From an uncultured Alphaproteobacteria bacterium (GTDB taxonomy: Bacteria; Pseudomonadota; Alphaproteobacteria; HIMB59; GCA-002718135), in assembly GCA_902628645.1 (NCBI GenBank), contig CACONS010000003.1, positions 1,221 through 65,220 of the forward strand: a stretch of DNA of 64,000 bases, in the 5' to 3' direction. The position numbers and the translations under genes are program-made. Shown piece after piece: positions 10,277 through 20,921 of this stretch. How positions within the stretch are numbered: the stretch's first letter is position 1; every line of letters begins with the position of its first letter. The notes under the pieces are model-generated. The model saw nothing but the letters and a program-made list of their open reading frames with translations, searched no databases and was not told the DNA's origin.

Positions 10277-11646
10277 TAGTTATTCAAATATTTTTTTGCA
10301 ATACTTGATATTGAACCCGCGCCCATAAAAACAATAGTATTTTGATTTATTGTATGAGGTTTCATTAATTTATTTAAATCACCTATATTTCTTAAATATA
10401 TAGTATTTTTATTTTTTTTTAATACTTTAGAAAATATATCTTTAGAAGTTGCACCCTTGATAATCTTTTCTCCAGCTGAATAAGTTTCTAACAAAAATAA
10501 ATAATCAACTTTAGATAAAACTTTTACAAATTCTTTAATTAGTATTTTAGTTCTAGTGTATCTGTGTGGTTGAAAAACTACTATTACTTTATTTTTTAGA
10601 CTTTTAGCTGCACTTAATGTAGCTGCAATTTCTGTTGGATGATGTGCATAATCATCATACACAAAGGACTTATTTTTTTTTCCAATAAATGAGAATCTTC
10701 TTTTTACACCTACATAATTAATCAATGCATTATTAATATCTTTATTTTTAATTCCATTTAGTTTGGCTGCAACAATACTTGCTGTTGCATTTAAAATATT
10801 GTGACTGCCGATTGCATTTATTGTAAATTTATAATTAGAAGAATGAATAATTTTATTTTTAATTTTTAATTTAAAGGAAGTTTTTAGTTTCTTTTGTATA
10901 ATATCAAAGATTAATACGTCTGCTTTTTTATTTTTTATTGAATAAGTTAAAATATTTCTAGTTTTTATTCTGTTAATTAATAGTTTTAGATTCTTATCAT
11001 CGTAACACATTATTGCAGTTCCATAAAATGGAAGAAGGTTTATAAATTTTTCAAAGGCATTAATTAAATTTTTCTTTGATTTATAAAAATCCATGTGTTC
11101 AATATCTAAATTAGTAATTATTGATATTTGATGTGGGAGTTTTAAAAAGCTTCCATCACTTTCGTCAGCTTCAACAATCATCCACTTCCCTTTTCCATAA
11201 CGATTATTGTTGGAAAAAGAATTTATAATACCGCCATTAACAATAGTAGGGTCTAAACCTGCTTCATTAAAAATATTTCCTACCAAACTAGTTGTAGTAG
11301 TTTTTCCGTGAGATCCAGCTATGGCAATAGATTTTTTATTTTTCATTAATTCTGCAAGCATATCAGCTCGAGAAAGAACAGGAATTTTTTTGATATATGC
11401 TTCTTTTATTTCAGGATTATTTTTTTTAATAGCTGATGAATAAACAATAGCATGAGCATTTTTAATATTTTTTTTATTATGTCCTAAAAAAAATTTTATA
11501 CCTTTTTTCTTTAATCTTTTGGTATTGTCATTTACTGATATATCACTACCCTGTATCGAATATCCTTTATCTAGCATCAATTCTGCAATACCAGACATTC
11601 CTATTCCTGAAATACCTATAAAATGAATTTTACTGTTAATTTGCAT
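10276..11646 (-). CDS. murC: UDP-N-acetylmuramate--L-alanine ligase
   Basis: IHFIGISGIGMSG, GSHGKTTTTS P-loop, DDYAHHPTEI. Confidence 0.92.
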   Translation of the reverse strand: MQINSKIHFIGISGIGMSGIAELMLDKGYSIQGSDISVNDNTKRLKKKGIKFFLGHNKKNIKNAHAIVYSSAIKKNNPEIKEAYIKKIPVLSRADMLAELMKNKKSIAIAGSHGKTTTTSLVGNIFNEAGLDPTIVNGGIINSFSNNNRYGKGKWMIVEADESDGSFLKLPHQISIITNLDIEHMDFYKSKKNLINAFEKFINLLPFYGTAIMCYDDKNLKLLINRIKTRNILTYSIKNKKADVLIFDIIQKKLKTSFKLKIKNKIIHSSNYKFTINAIGSHNILNATASIVAAKLNGIKNKDINNALINYVGVKRRFSFIGKKNKSFVYDDYAHHPTEIAATLSAAKSLKNKVIVVFQPHRYTRTKILIKEFVKVLSKVDYLFLLETYSAGEKIIKGATSKDIFSKVLKKNKNTIYLRNIGDLNKLMKPHTINQNTIVFMGAGSISSIAKKYLNN

Positions 11647-12721
11647 TTACTATTAATTTATAAATTAAAGTGTTACTGTTTTTAACTTTAATCATATCAA
11701 ATTTTTTATTCATTGATTCTAATTTACTTTCATTACTATATGTTTCATAAATATGTCTTTTTGCTTTGTCTAAATCATCATTATTTTGATCAAAAATTAT
11801 GGCTAAGTCATGTTTAGCTAATATTTCAGCATTAAAAAATTGATGATTATCTTTTGAAGAAGGTAAAGGAATTAATATCGAGGGAAGTTTAAAGTTAATT
11901 AAATCAACAATTGTTCCTGCTCCAGCTCTGCATATTGCTAAATTAGAATTAGCTAGTATTTCATCTACATTTATAAAAAAATCTTTCAAAATTATTGGTG
12001 ACTTAATATTTTGTAATTCTGCTTCATATTTTTTTATCAAATGTTTAGAACACTGAAATATAAATTTAGCTTTTATAATTTTTTCATCATCTATAATTTT
12101 AATTAGATTTGTTGCAAAATTTGATACAAATTCTGATCCTTGACTGCCACCAGAAATAAAAATTGTAAATTTACTATCAGAATTTTTATTGCTTATGTTA
12201 TTATTTTTTTGAAAATTATTTTCTGGAGAACCAACTACAAATATTTTATCTTTAAACTTTGAATTGATTTTAGATTTAATATCAAAATTTAAAAATAATT
12301 TATTTGAAAAATTCAAAAAAAATTTATTCGTTCTTCCTATTATTGAATTTTGTTCATGTATATAAAGTTTAACTTTATAAATTGGTTTAAATAACATACA
12401 TGTTAACATTGGAGAAAACGAAGCATAACTTCCAAAAGAAATAGAATGGGATGGTTTTAATAAAAATATAATAATGAATGATTGAATTAATCCTAATAAA
12501 ATTTGAAATATGCCAAAGATTTTAAATATTAGGTTTCCATTCAAATTTGACGAGCTAATTATATAAATTTTTCCATTATAATTTTCAAAATATTTATAAC
12601 CTCTTTTGTCAGTTATAATTGAGCAATTTATATTTTTTACAGACAAATAATTTGCAAAATTTTTTGCTGGTATAACATGTCCACCTGTTCCTCCTGTAAT
12701 TAGTAAAAAATTTTCTTTCAT
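11636..12721 (-). CDS. murG: undecaprenyldiphospho-muramoylpentapeptide beta-N-acetylglucosaminyltransferase
   Basis: TGGTGGHVIPA N-terminal motif, GGSQG, RAGAGT..D. dcw position. Confidence 0.9.
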   Translation of the reverse strand: MKENFLLITGGTGGHVIPAKNFANYLSVKNINCSIITDKRGYKYFENYNGKIYIISSSNLNGNLIFKIFGIFQILLGLIQSFIIIFLLKPSHSISFGSYASFSPMLTCMLFKPIYKVKLYIHEQNSIIGRTNKFFLNFSNKLFLNFDIKSKINSKFKDKIFVVGSPENNFQKNNNISNKNSDSKFTIFISGGSQGSEFVSNFATNLIKIIDDEKIIKAKFIFQCSKHLIKKYEAELQNIKSPIILKDFFINVDEILANSNLAICRAGAGTIVDLINFKLPSILIPLPSSKDNHQFFNAEILAKHDLAIIFDQNNDDLDKAKRHIYETYSNESKLESMNKKFDMIKVKNSNTLIYKLIVNAN

Positions 12722-13779
12722 AATTCTTCATTTTTTTTGTTTGTAAGAGATAATAAAAAACCAAATAAAATTGCTATTGATATCATGGAAGAACCTCCAT
12801 AACTTACAAATGGCAGTGTCATGCCCTTTGTTGGTATAAGGCCCAGCGAGCTAAAGATATTAATTAAGCATTGTAATCCAAATGAGCAAATTAAACCACT
12901 AATTGCTATAATTTTATATGGATCTTCAAGTTGTAGAACTTTTAATAAGCTTCTTATTATAATAGATAGAATTATAAAAATAATTATTAAACAAAAAATA
13001 AATCCTAATTCTTCTCCAGCAACAGCAAAAATAAAATCAGTGTTAGCATCAGGAATTTTTTCTTTTAAAATACCTTGCCCTGGACCCTTTCCAAGTAGCC
13101 CGCCATTTTTGAAAGCTTGAATACTTAAATCTATTTGGTATGTATCAGTCCCACCTAATCCCCCAAGAAATGAATTAATTCTTGATTGAACATGATCAAA
13201 AATAAAATAAGAAAAAATTGAAATTCCTAATATAAATAAAAATGCAACTATAACTAAAAAAAATGATAAACCAGCAACGAATAACTGGCAAAAAAAAGTT
13301 GCTGACAGCAAAACTGTCATTCCCAAATCAGGCTGCATAAGTATTAAAGATAAAAGCAAGAAGAAAAAAACAAACAGTAAAGGTAAATAAAATTTTTTAT
13401 CTTCTATAGATTTACTTATACACCATGCAGTCAATATGACAAAAATAGGCTTAATTATCTCTGAAGGTTGAAGTGTAAAGTTAAATATTTGAAACCATCT
13501 CTTAGCGCCTTTAACTTCGTAATCTAAAAAAAATATTAGCAGTATTATTATTAATAAAATAATAAATGAAAATAATGAAATTCTTCTAATATTTTTACTA
13601 TCTAAGTCTGATAACGCAATAAGTAAGAAAACTGAAAAAAGAAAAAAAATAGAGTGTCTATTTATGGATAAATTTTCATCTATGGAAAATGAAAGTATTA
13701 ATCCCGTAAAACCCAATGAAAATATTAATATAATGTTAATTCTATCAATTGAACTCCACCAATTTTTTAAATATTCCAT
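12718..13779 (-). CDS. ftsW: lipid II flippase / peptidoglycan glycosyltransferase FtsW (SEDS family)
   Basis: Polytopic membrane protein with QPSE..KP, TDFIF and LPFVSYGGSS motifs. Confidence 0.9.
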   Translation of the reverse strand: MEYLKNWWSSIDRINIILIFSLGFTGLILSFSIDENLSINRHSIFFLFSVFLLIALSDLDSKNIRRISLFSFIILLIIILLIFFLDYEVKGAKRWFQIFNFTLQPSEIIKPIFVILTAWCISKSIEDKKFYLPLLFVFFFLLLSLILMQPDLGMTVLLSATFFCQLFVAGLSFFLVIVAFLFILGISIFSYFIFDHVQSRINSFLGGLGGTDTYQIDLSIQAFKNGGLLGKGPGQGILKEKIPDANTDFIFAVAGEELGFIFCLIIIFIILSIIIRSLLKVLQLEDPYKIIAISGLICSFGLQCLINIFSSLGLIPTKGMTLPFVSYGGSSMISIAILFGFLLSLTNKKNEEL

Positions 13780-13781
13780 AG

Positions 13782-15098
13782 TTATTTTATATATTTTTTA
13801 ATTAATTTATTAAAATGTATGCCTCTTTCTTCAAAATTTTTGTATTGATCATAAGAGGCACATGCAGGAGCGAACAATATAGTTGATTGATTTGAATTTT
13901 TTTTGATATCCTTGAAGGTTTCTTTGATAACTGATTTTAAATTTGCCAATTTTTTTACAACTAATTCTTTTTTTAATTTTTTTTCAATAAAATTTCCTGA
14001 TTTTCCATAAGTATATACACAGCTAATTTTATTTTTATATTTTAGAAGAATTTCAAAATTTTTTTCTTTAGCTATGCCCCCTAATATTAGGTAAATATTT
14101 TTATAATTTACAACTGAATTTATTGTTGAATTTAAATTAGTAGATTTACTATTATTTACTATTTTTAATTTATTATTTGTAAAAATTGTAGATGATCTAA
14201 ATGGCAGACCCTTAAATGTTTTAATAACCTTAAGAAAATTAGATTCTGGAATTTTTAATATTTTACTACATATGTATGCTATTAAAATATTTTGAATATT
14301 AAAATTACCTTCTAAATCTTTTGAGATTTTTTTTATAAATAATTTTTTGTTTTTTTTGAAGTAATTATCTAGAATATAATCATTGTTAGCAAAACAATCA
14401 GCTGATTTATCGACTAAAGAAAAACTAATTTTATTTTTAATTTTTTTTTGATTAAATATCTTTCTTGAATAAATATCATCAATTGATAATAAATTAATTC
14501 CATTCTTAGTAATAATATTTTTCTTCTGACTAACATAATCACTAATACCTTTGTACCTATCTAAATGATCACCAGATAAATTTGTTATTACTGATATTCT
14601 ACTATCAACTGACTTGACTGTTTCTAATTGAAAAGAACTTAATTCGATAACATGAACTTTATATTTTTCTTTAAGAAGAAAAGCATTGCATAATGATTCT
14701 CCAATATTGCCCCCAACAAATGTTTTAATATTATTTTTTTTTAAAATGTCTCCTATTAATTTGGTTGTTGTTGATTTCCCATTTGTGCCAGTAATAGCTA
14801 CAATCTTTTGATTTGTTAAATTCGAAATATATAAATTTAAATCTCTATTTACTTTTTTAGATATATTTTTTCTTTTAAATTTTTTTTGTCTTAAAGATAT
14901 TCCTGGGCTAACAAAAATTTTTTTAAAATCATTCAAATTATCTTTTTTTATATTAAAAAAATAATCTTTATTGTAATTTTTTTTAATAGCCTTTCTTACT
15001 ATTGGATTATCATCCCACATCTTAAATTTTATTTTTTTATTTTCAAAATAATTTACTATAGAAAGTCCTGATTTTTGAATTCCATAAATTAAATACAT
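13782..15098 (-). CDS. murD: UDP-N-acetylmuramoylalanine--D-glutamate ligase
   Basis: AITGTNGKSTTT P-loop and Mur ligase fold. I place the start at ATG 15098 (MYLIYGIQKSG), which forms a TAATG overlap with the mraY stop. The upstream extension to 15155 would overlap mraY by 58 nt. Confidence 0.88.
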   Translation of the reverse strand: MYLIYGIQKSGLSIVNYFENKKIKFKMWDDNPIVRKAIKKNYNKDYFFNIKKDNLNDFKKIFVSPGISLRQKKFKRKNISKKVNRDLNLYISNLTNQKIVAITGTNGKSTTTKLIGDILKKNNIKTFVGGNIGESLCNAFLLKEKYKVHVIELSSFQLETVKSVDSRISVITNLSGDHLDRYKGISDYVSQKKNIITKNGINLLSIDDIYSRKIFNQKKIKNKISFSLVDKSADCFANNDYILDNYFKKNKKLFIKKISKDLEGNFNIQNILIAYICSKILKIPESNFLKVIKTFKGLPFRSSTIFTNNKLKIVNNSKSTNLNSTINSVVNYKNIYLILGGIAKEKNFEILLKYKNKISCVYTYGKSGNFIEKKLKKELVVKKLANLKSVIKETFKDIKKNSNQSTILFAPACASYDQYKNFEERGIHFNKLIKKYIK

Positions 15099-16186
15099 TA
15101 TCTTATTCTTAAAGTTGCAAGACCTATCAAAGCTAATACAATAGTAATTATCCAAAAACGAATAACTATTGTTGACTCAGGCCATCCCTTTTTTTCAAAA
15201 TGATGATGTAGTGGAGCCATTAAAAAAACCCTTTTTCCTGTCATTTTAAAAATGAATACTTGGATTACTACAGACAAAGTTTCTAGAACAAATAAACCTC
15301 CTATTATAGCAAGAAGAATTTCATGTTTGCATATTATTGCTACTGAGCCTAAAGAGCCGCCTAATGCTAAAGATCCTGTATCACCCATAAAAACTTTAGC
15401 AGGTGGTGCGTTAAACCAAAGAAAACCTAAAGCTGCACCAATTAAAGAACCACAAAAAACTGCTAATTCACCGGTTCCAGGAATATATTGGATAAGTAAA
15501 TAATTAGAAAAAACTATATTACCTGAAACATAGGCTATGAAAGCAAAAGACATAGCAACTATCATTACAGGGACAATTGCTAAACCATCAAGTCCATCAG
15601 TTAGGTTTACTGCATTAGCCGATCCAATAATTATAAATATGGAAATTAGAAAATAAAATATTCCAAAATCTATAATTAAATTTTTAAAGAAAGGAAATGT
15701 CATAGATTTGCTTATACTTGGATCTAAATTGATAAGAATTGAATATGTAATAAAAAAAGAAAAAATGATTTGAAATATAATTCTTATTTTTGATGAAATA
15801 CCCTTAGTTGTATTTGATTTGATTTTACTGTAGTCATCTGCAAAACCAATAGATCCAAAAATTAAAATAGTTGAAAGTAAAATCCATATAAAAATATTTT
15901 GTAAATCAGCCCAAATAATTGTTGAAACAAAAACACTTAGAATAATCAACAGGCCACCCATTGTAGGAGTACCTTTTTTTGCAATTATATGTGACTCTGG
16001 ACCATCATCTCTTATTGGCTGGCCAGTTGGCTGAACATTTGATAATTTGTTAATAATATAATTTCCAAATATGAGAGAAAAAAATAATCCAGTAAGGATA
16101 GAGGCGCCAGCTCTAAATGTTATATAGCTAAAAATATTTAGAAAACTAAATAAAGATTGGTATTCAAAGGCCAAATATTTAATCAA
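15098..16186 (-). CDS. mraY: phospho-N-acetylmuramoyl-pentapeptide transferase
   Basis: KGTPTMGG, NAVNLTDGLDGLA, MGDTGSLALGG, APLHHHFE motifs. Confidence 0.95.
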   Translation of the reverse strand: MIKYLAFEYQSLFSFLNIFSYITFRAGASILTGLFFSLIFGNYIINKLSNVQPTGQPIRDDGPESHIIAKKGTPTMGGLLIILSVFVSTIIWADLQNIFIWILLSTILIFGSIGFADDYSKIKSNTTKGISSKIRIIFQIIFSFFITYSILINLDPSISKSMTFPFFKNLIIDFGIFYFLISIFIIIGSANAVNLTDGLDGLAIVPVMIVAMSFAFIAYVSGNIVFSNYLLIQYIPGTGELAVFCGSLIGAALGFLWFNAPPAKVFMGDTGSLALGGSLGSVAIICKHEILLAIIGGLFVLETLSVVIQVFIFKMTGKRVFLMAPLHHHFEKKGWPESTIVIRFWIITIVLALIGLATLRIR

Positions 16187-17547
16187 ATCGATACCTGTTT
16201 TAATAATATTTTTGCAAACTTATTTATTTTTGTCGAATTAGAACATTTAATTAAAATAATGTCATTATTATGCACTTTCTCTTTTAAAAATTGCATAATT
16301 TTATTTGTATTTTTAAAATGGATAAATTCATTGTTTGGATTTAAATTTTTTACAGATAATTCAAAGAATTCGCCACATAAAATTACAAATTTAAAAATAG
16401 TGGCATCTAGTTGTTGTAGTAATTTATAATGAATTTTATAAGAATTATTTCCTAATTCATTCATTGTCCCTAGAATTATTATTTTTTTATTATTTTTTAC
16501 TTTGATATTTTCTAAGTTTTTTATGCTTTGCAACATTGTATCAGGATTAGCATTATAAGATTCATCAATAATATTTATTTTTTTTTTATTTAAAGAAATT
16601 TTATGAACTAATCCCCTACCTTCCACTGGTTTTAAAAACTTGAAACGATTTAGAACTGATTTAATTTTTAGAGAATTTTCATTATAAAATGCAAGACAAA
16701 ATAATAAATTATTTAATCTATGCATTACTATTGCGTCAGTAACAATATTAACCTTTTTTTTATTAATTGATAAAGTTACTTTATGCAATTTTTTATAGGG
16801 AGATATTTTTTTAATAAAATATTTTTTTGAAGAATTATCAATACGAATTATTTTAAGATTTTTTTCTTTTTTTGCTTTTGTGATTAAAATATTTTCAGAT
16901 TTAGAAGAAACATTGAGATATAGCTTTTTACTATTATTATTATATTTAGAAATAAATATATCAGCTTTTTCTCTGGCAATATTATTTTTATTTTGAAAAT
17001 TTTCTAGGTGAGTAGATTGTATATTTGTAATAAATACCTCTGATGGTTTAACTAAATTACTAAGAAATTTTATCTCACCAAAATTATTTGTTCCAATTTC
17101 AAAAATTGCATAATTTGATTTTAAATTTAAATTTAGTAAAGAAATTAATACACCTAAGTGATTATTATAACTTTTCTTTGAGTAAGAAATAGTATGATCT
17201 TTTTTTAAGAAAAATGCTAAAGTTTCTTTTAAAGTAGTTTTACCAGCACTGCCAGTAATGCCTATTACTTTACCTTTGTATAAATCTCGTTTCGTTTTTG
17301 CTATTTTTGAAAGATATTTATAAATATTATTTACATATAAAATTTTTTTATTTTTTTTGAAATTTTTATTATCAGTTACACAAAACTTTGCACCTTTATC
17401 TATTGCTTCATTTAAAAACTTGTTTCCATGAAACCTTTTACCTTTTAAAGCAAGAAATATATCTCCACTTTTAATATCTTTACTTGATATTTGAATTTTA
17501 TCTTTTTTAGATATTATATATTTCTCTAATTGATTTAATTCGATCAT
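16183..17547 (-). CDS. murF: UDP-N-acetylmuramoyl-tripeptide--D-alanyl-D-alanine ligase
   Basis: GITGSAGKTT P-loop, DESYNANP, Mur ligase architecture, dcw position. Confidence 0.88.
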   Translation of the reverse strand: MIELNQLEKYIISKKDKIQISSKDIKSGDIFLALKGKRFHGNKFLNEAIDKGAKFCVTDNKNFKKNKKILYVNNIYKYLSKIAKTKRDLYKGKVIGITGSAGKTTLKETLAFFLKKDHTISYSKKSYNNHLGVLISLLNLNLKSNYAIFEIGTNNFGEIKFLSNLVKPSEVFITNIQSTHLENFQNKNNIAREKADIFISKYNNNSKKLYLNVSSKSENILITKAKKEKNLKIIRIDNSSKKYFIKKISPYKKLHKVTLSINKKKVNIVTDAIVMHRLNNLLFCLAFYNENSLKIKSVLNRFKFLKPVEGRGLVHKISLNKKKINIIDESYNANPDTMLQSIKNLENIKVKNNKKIIILGTMNELGNNSYKIHYKLLQQLDATIFKFVILCGEFFELSVKNLNPNNEFIHFKNTNKIMQFLKEKVHNNDIILIKCSNSTKINKFAKILLKQVSI

Positions 17548-18965
17548 TAATTTAATAATTGTTTAACAACTGTAAAATCATCAAACTTAATTGTTTTATT
17601 TTTTAAAACTTGAAATTTTTCGTGCCCTTTACCTGCTACAATTAAAATTTCATTCATTTTTAATTCTTTAATAGCTAATTTTATTGCTTTTCTTCTATCA
17701 GATACTTCCATAGCTCTAGAACAATACTTAAGAATATTTTTCCTTATTTTAGATGGATTTTCGTTTCTGGGATTGTCATCCGTTATATAAATTTTATCAG
17801 CATATTTATTTGCAATTAATGCCATAGATTTTCGCTTAGTTTTATCTCTATCACCGCCACAACCAAATAAAATTGATGGTTTCATTTTTTTGATTTTATA
17901 AGCAAGTAGAATTTTTTTCAAAGCATCTGGTGTATGTGCATAATCAATAATAATTTTTGATTTTTTTTTCTTATACTCAATTGTTTGCAAACGACCTGGT
18001 GGATTTGTAACTTTCGATAATACTCTTATAATTTTACTTTGACTAATATTAAGTGCTAAGCAACAAGTAATTGCGCATTCTAAATTTTCTAATTCTATAT
18101 TTGTTTTAAGTATTAGATTTTTTAGTTTATATTTTGTATTGTTAATATTCAAATATACAAAATCATTTATTTTTATTAATTTTATATTTTTATTTCCGAA
18201 ATATTTAAATTTTACGTTTTTTTTTATCAATGTTTTTTTTAATTCAGATAAGATGTTTAATCTTGAATTAATTATAGCAAATCCAGAATTTACTAAATGA
18301 TTAGAGAAAAGTTTAATTTTAGATTTTTTATAATTTGATAATGTTTTATGGTAATCAAGATGATCTTTTGAAATGTTTGTAATAGCTGCAATATTTATAG
18401 GATAATTTCTTAACCTGTTTTGTTCTAGAGCGTGACTTGAAGCTTCAAAAATGTAAATATTTTTTTCTTTTTTATTCGAAGATCCATATCTAAATAATTC
18501 TTCATAGGCAGGTGTTGTTAAATTTATATCATTTATTTTTTTTCCATTTACAAAATGTCCTAAAGTACCAACCATTATATTATTATATTTTAGTGAATTA
18601 AGAATTTTTGAAATATACCAAACAACTGATGTCTTTCCATTGGTACCTGTAACTGCTAGTGTTTTAAAGGGAAGATTACTATGAAGCTTAGTTAATAAAT
18701 AATATATCTCAAAATTAATATTAGATACAACAAATTGAGGAATTTTTAAGTTTTTAATATATTTATTTGAAATTATGGCAGGAGTTTTATTCTTAAGTAC
18801 TTCATCTAAATAAATCTTTTTTACCTTTGTATTTTTGTCATAAACAAACAACGTTTTGTTATTAGTAAATTTTGAGTTAGAGGTAATTGCAGAGAAATAT
18901 TTATTTTTATTAAAGTTGTACGTTTCATTTACTCTTATAACTTTTGATAAATTAGACAGTAGCAT
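17547..18965 (-). CDS. murE: UDP-N-acetylmuramoyl-L-alanyl-D-glutamate--2,6-diaminopimelate ligase
   Basis: AVTGTNGKTS P-loop, DYAHTPDAL, GCGGDRD, TDDNPRNE (DNPR motif consistent with meso-DAP specificity). Confidence 0.9.
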   Translation of the reverse strand: MLLSNLSKVIRVNETYNFNKNKYFSAITSNSKFTNNKTLFVYDKNTKVKKIYLDEVLKNKTPAIISNKYIKNLKIPQFVVSNINFEIYYLLTKLHSNLPFKTLAVTGTNGKTSVVWYISKILNSLKYNNIMVGTLGHFVNGKKINDINLTTPAYEELFRYGSSNKKEKNIYIFEASSHALEQNRLRNYPINIAAITNISKDHLDYHKTLSNYKKSKIKLFSNHLVNSGFAIINSRLNILSELKKTLIKKNVKFKYFGNKNIKLIKINDFVYLNINNTKYKLKNLILKTNIELENLECAITCCLALNISQSKIIRVLSKVTNPPGRLQTIEYKKKKSKIIIDYAHTPDALKKILLAYKIKKMKPSILFGCGGDRDKTKRKSMALIANKYADKIYITDDNPRNENPSKIRKNILKYCSRAMEVSDRRKAIKLAIKELKMNEILIVAGKGHEKFQVLKNKTIKFDDFTVVKQLLN

Positions 18966-20601
18966 TTAATTTTCTATATAAAAAATTTGTGTCTACTTTT
19001 AGAAGATCATCATTTTTATCTTTTGAAATATTAAAGAGGCTTATAATATTAATAATAATATCTTTTACCAAGGGTGCATTTACTCTTGCTCCAGTCATTC
19101 TTTGTTTAGTGCCTGTTTCCTTTTTTGGATACTCAATAGCAGTGTAAACTACATATTTTGGATTATTTGTTGGGAATATTCCAATAAAGGACGTTAAATT
19201 TCTATCCTTATAATATCCTCCATTTGGATTTAGTAATTCTGATGTTCCCGTTTTACCTCCTACAGAATAACCATCTACTTTTACTCTAGGACCAGTGTAT
19301 TCGGTCTTGAGAACAACAGAATTTAATAAATTGATAAAGAATTTAGATGATTCTTTATTATTAAAAATTTGATTTTGTTCAAATTGTTTGTTTAATTGAA
19401 GTGTAGGAAAAACCTCATTCCCATTATTCGCTAATGAAGCATAAGCTTTAACTAAATGAAGAGGTGTAATTGCAAATCCATGACCAAATCCTATCGTCGC
19501 TGTTTCTAGCTTACCCCAATTATATTTATTTCCTAAAGGAGCTGAGCTTTCCTTATTTTCTATATTTATTTTTTTATTGAAACCTATTTTTTCAAAAAAT
19601 TCTATTTGGTTTTTTTTTCCAATCAAAGTAGCAATCTGAGCTGTACCAATATTGGATGATTCAACAATTATTTTTTCAACATCATAAATACCATTATCTT
19701 TGTATTTATCATGATCACTTATATTTAAATATTTTTTTGTAACATCAAAAGTCATGTGAGGATCTATAATATTTAAATCAAATCCAATAGTGGCAGTTAT
19801 TGGTTTGAATGTTGATCCCATTTCATAATTAGACTGAAAAACTCTATTCATTAAATTATTGTTATTATATGAGGATTTGTCCTCAGGATTATAATCAGGT
19901 AAGCTTACTGATGATAAGATTTGACCGTTAGTAATATCCATAACTATAGCTAAACCGGATTCAGCTTTATAATTATTTATGGTTTTTAAGAGATTTTCTC
20001 TAACCAACTGCTGTAAATTAGTATCAATACTAATAATTATATCTTGTGATTTTGCGAGATCATTTTCAAAATACCTCTCAATTCCACTCTGACCAATTTG
20101 ATCAATATCTACATATCCAAGAATATGTGACAACGTATTCTTATAAGGATATATTCTTTTAAATTCCTTATGAGCTTTGATGTTTATTTCACCAAGATTA
20201 ATTATTTCTTGATATTCAACTGGAGATATATTTCTTTTTATCCAAACAAATTGACTTGTTGATAATAATTTTTTTTCTATTTTTTTTATATCTAGATCAA
20301 GAATTAATCCCAATTTATTAGCAAGATCTTTTTTATTTCTTATCTTATTAGGATTAATTGATAAAGAGATACTTTCAATTGAGGTAGCAATTATATTTCC
20401 ATTCCTATCATAAATACTGCCCCTAACATCTTTTTTTACATAATTATTAGTATCATCAATCAAATCAGGAAAGAGCATAATTGATGATATTCTATAAATT
20501 GAAATAAAATAGACAAAGATAAAAATTGTAATTGAAAAAAAAACTCTTCTATGAAGTAATTTTAAAGAGTCACTATCAAATAATTTCAGTTTACTTAACA
20601 T
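18952..20601 (-). CDS. ftsI: penicillin-binding protein 3 (division transpeptidase)
   Basis: N-terminal TM anchor plus STFK (GSTFKP), SSN (ESSNIG) and KTGT (GKTGTSE) transpeptidase motifs. Confidence 0.9.
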   Translation of the reverse strand: MLSKLKLFDSDSLKLLHRRVFFSITIFIFVYFISIYRISSIMLFPDLIDDTNNYVKKDVRGSIYDRNGNIIATSIESISLSINPNKIRNKKDLANKLGLILDLDIKKIEKKLLSTSQFVWIKRNISPVEYQEIINLGEINIKAHKEFKRIYPYKNTLSHILGYVDIDQIGQSGIERYFENDLAKSQDIIISIDTNLQQLVRENLLKTINNYKAESGLAIVMDITNGQILSSVSLPDYNPEDKSSYNNNNLMNRVFQSNYEMGSTFKPITATIGFDLNIIDPHMTFDVTKKYLNISDHDKYKDNGIYDVEKIIVESSNIGTAQIATLIGKKNQIEFFEKIGFNKKINIENKESSAPLGNKYNWGKLETATIGFGHGFAITPLHLVKAYASLANNGNEVFPTLQLNKQFEQNQIFNNKESSKFFINLLNSVVLKTEYTGPRVKVDGYSVGGKTGTSELLNPNGGYYKDRNLTSFIGIFPTNNPKYVVYTAIEYPKKETGTKQRMTGARVNAPLVKDIIINIISLFNISKDKNDDLLKVDTNFLYRKLNATV

Positions 20602-20604
20602 TAA

Positions 20605-20919
20605 TTAATTATTTGAGCGTACAAGCTTTATATTTTTATCTTGATTTGAAAGTTCTTCGATTTTTACAATGAGAGGAACACTATTGTTTTGATTTTTATA
20701 AAAATACAACTCATACAGTGTTTTTAAATATGAGCTATTTTGATGAGCAGCTAATTCAATCTTATTAATTTTTAAATTTTCTGAAATTTTAGATATTTTT
20801 ATTTTTAAATTTTGATTATTTTTTTCGATTTCTCTTGTATTGTTGGCAATAAAAATCATTGAAAAAACCAGTATTAAATTTAGAATTAAAAAGAATATAA
20901 TCGATTTAGTATACTTCAT
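20605..20919 (-). CDS. ftsL: cell division protein FtsL
   Basis: 104-aa bitopic protein (TM helix then a coiled-coil-like region) in the canonical rsmH-ftsL-ftsI slot. Called mainly by position. Confidence 0.6.
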   Translation of the reverse strand: MKYTKSIIFFLILNLILVFSMIFIANNTREIEKNNQNLKIKISKISENLKINKIELAAHQNSSYLKTLYELYFYKNQNNSVPLIVKIEELSNQDKNIKLVRSNN

Positions 20920-20921
20920 TA

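Noticed and set aside
15099-15155. 19-codon N-terminal extension of murD overlapping mraY
   Set aside because: The internal ATG at 15098 forms the TAATG junction typical of this cluster, and the MurD N-terminal Rossmann-like motif begins right after it.
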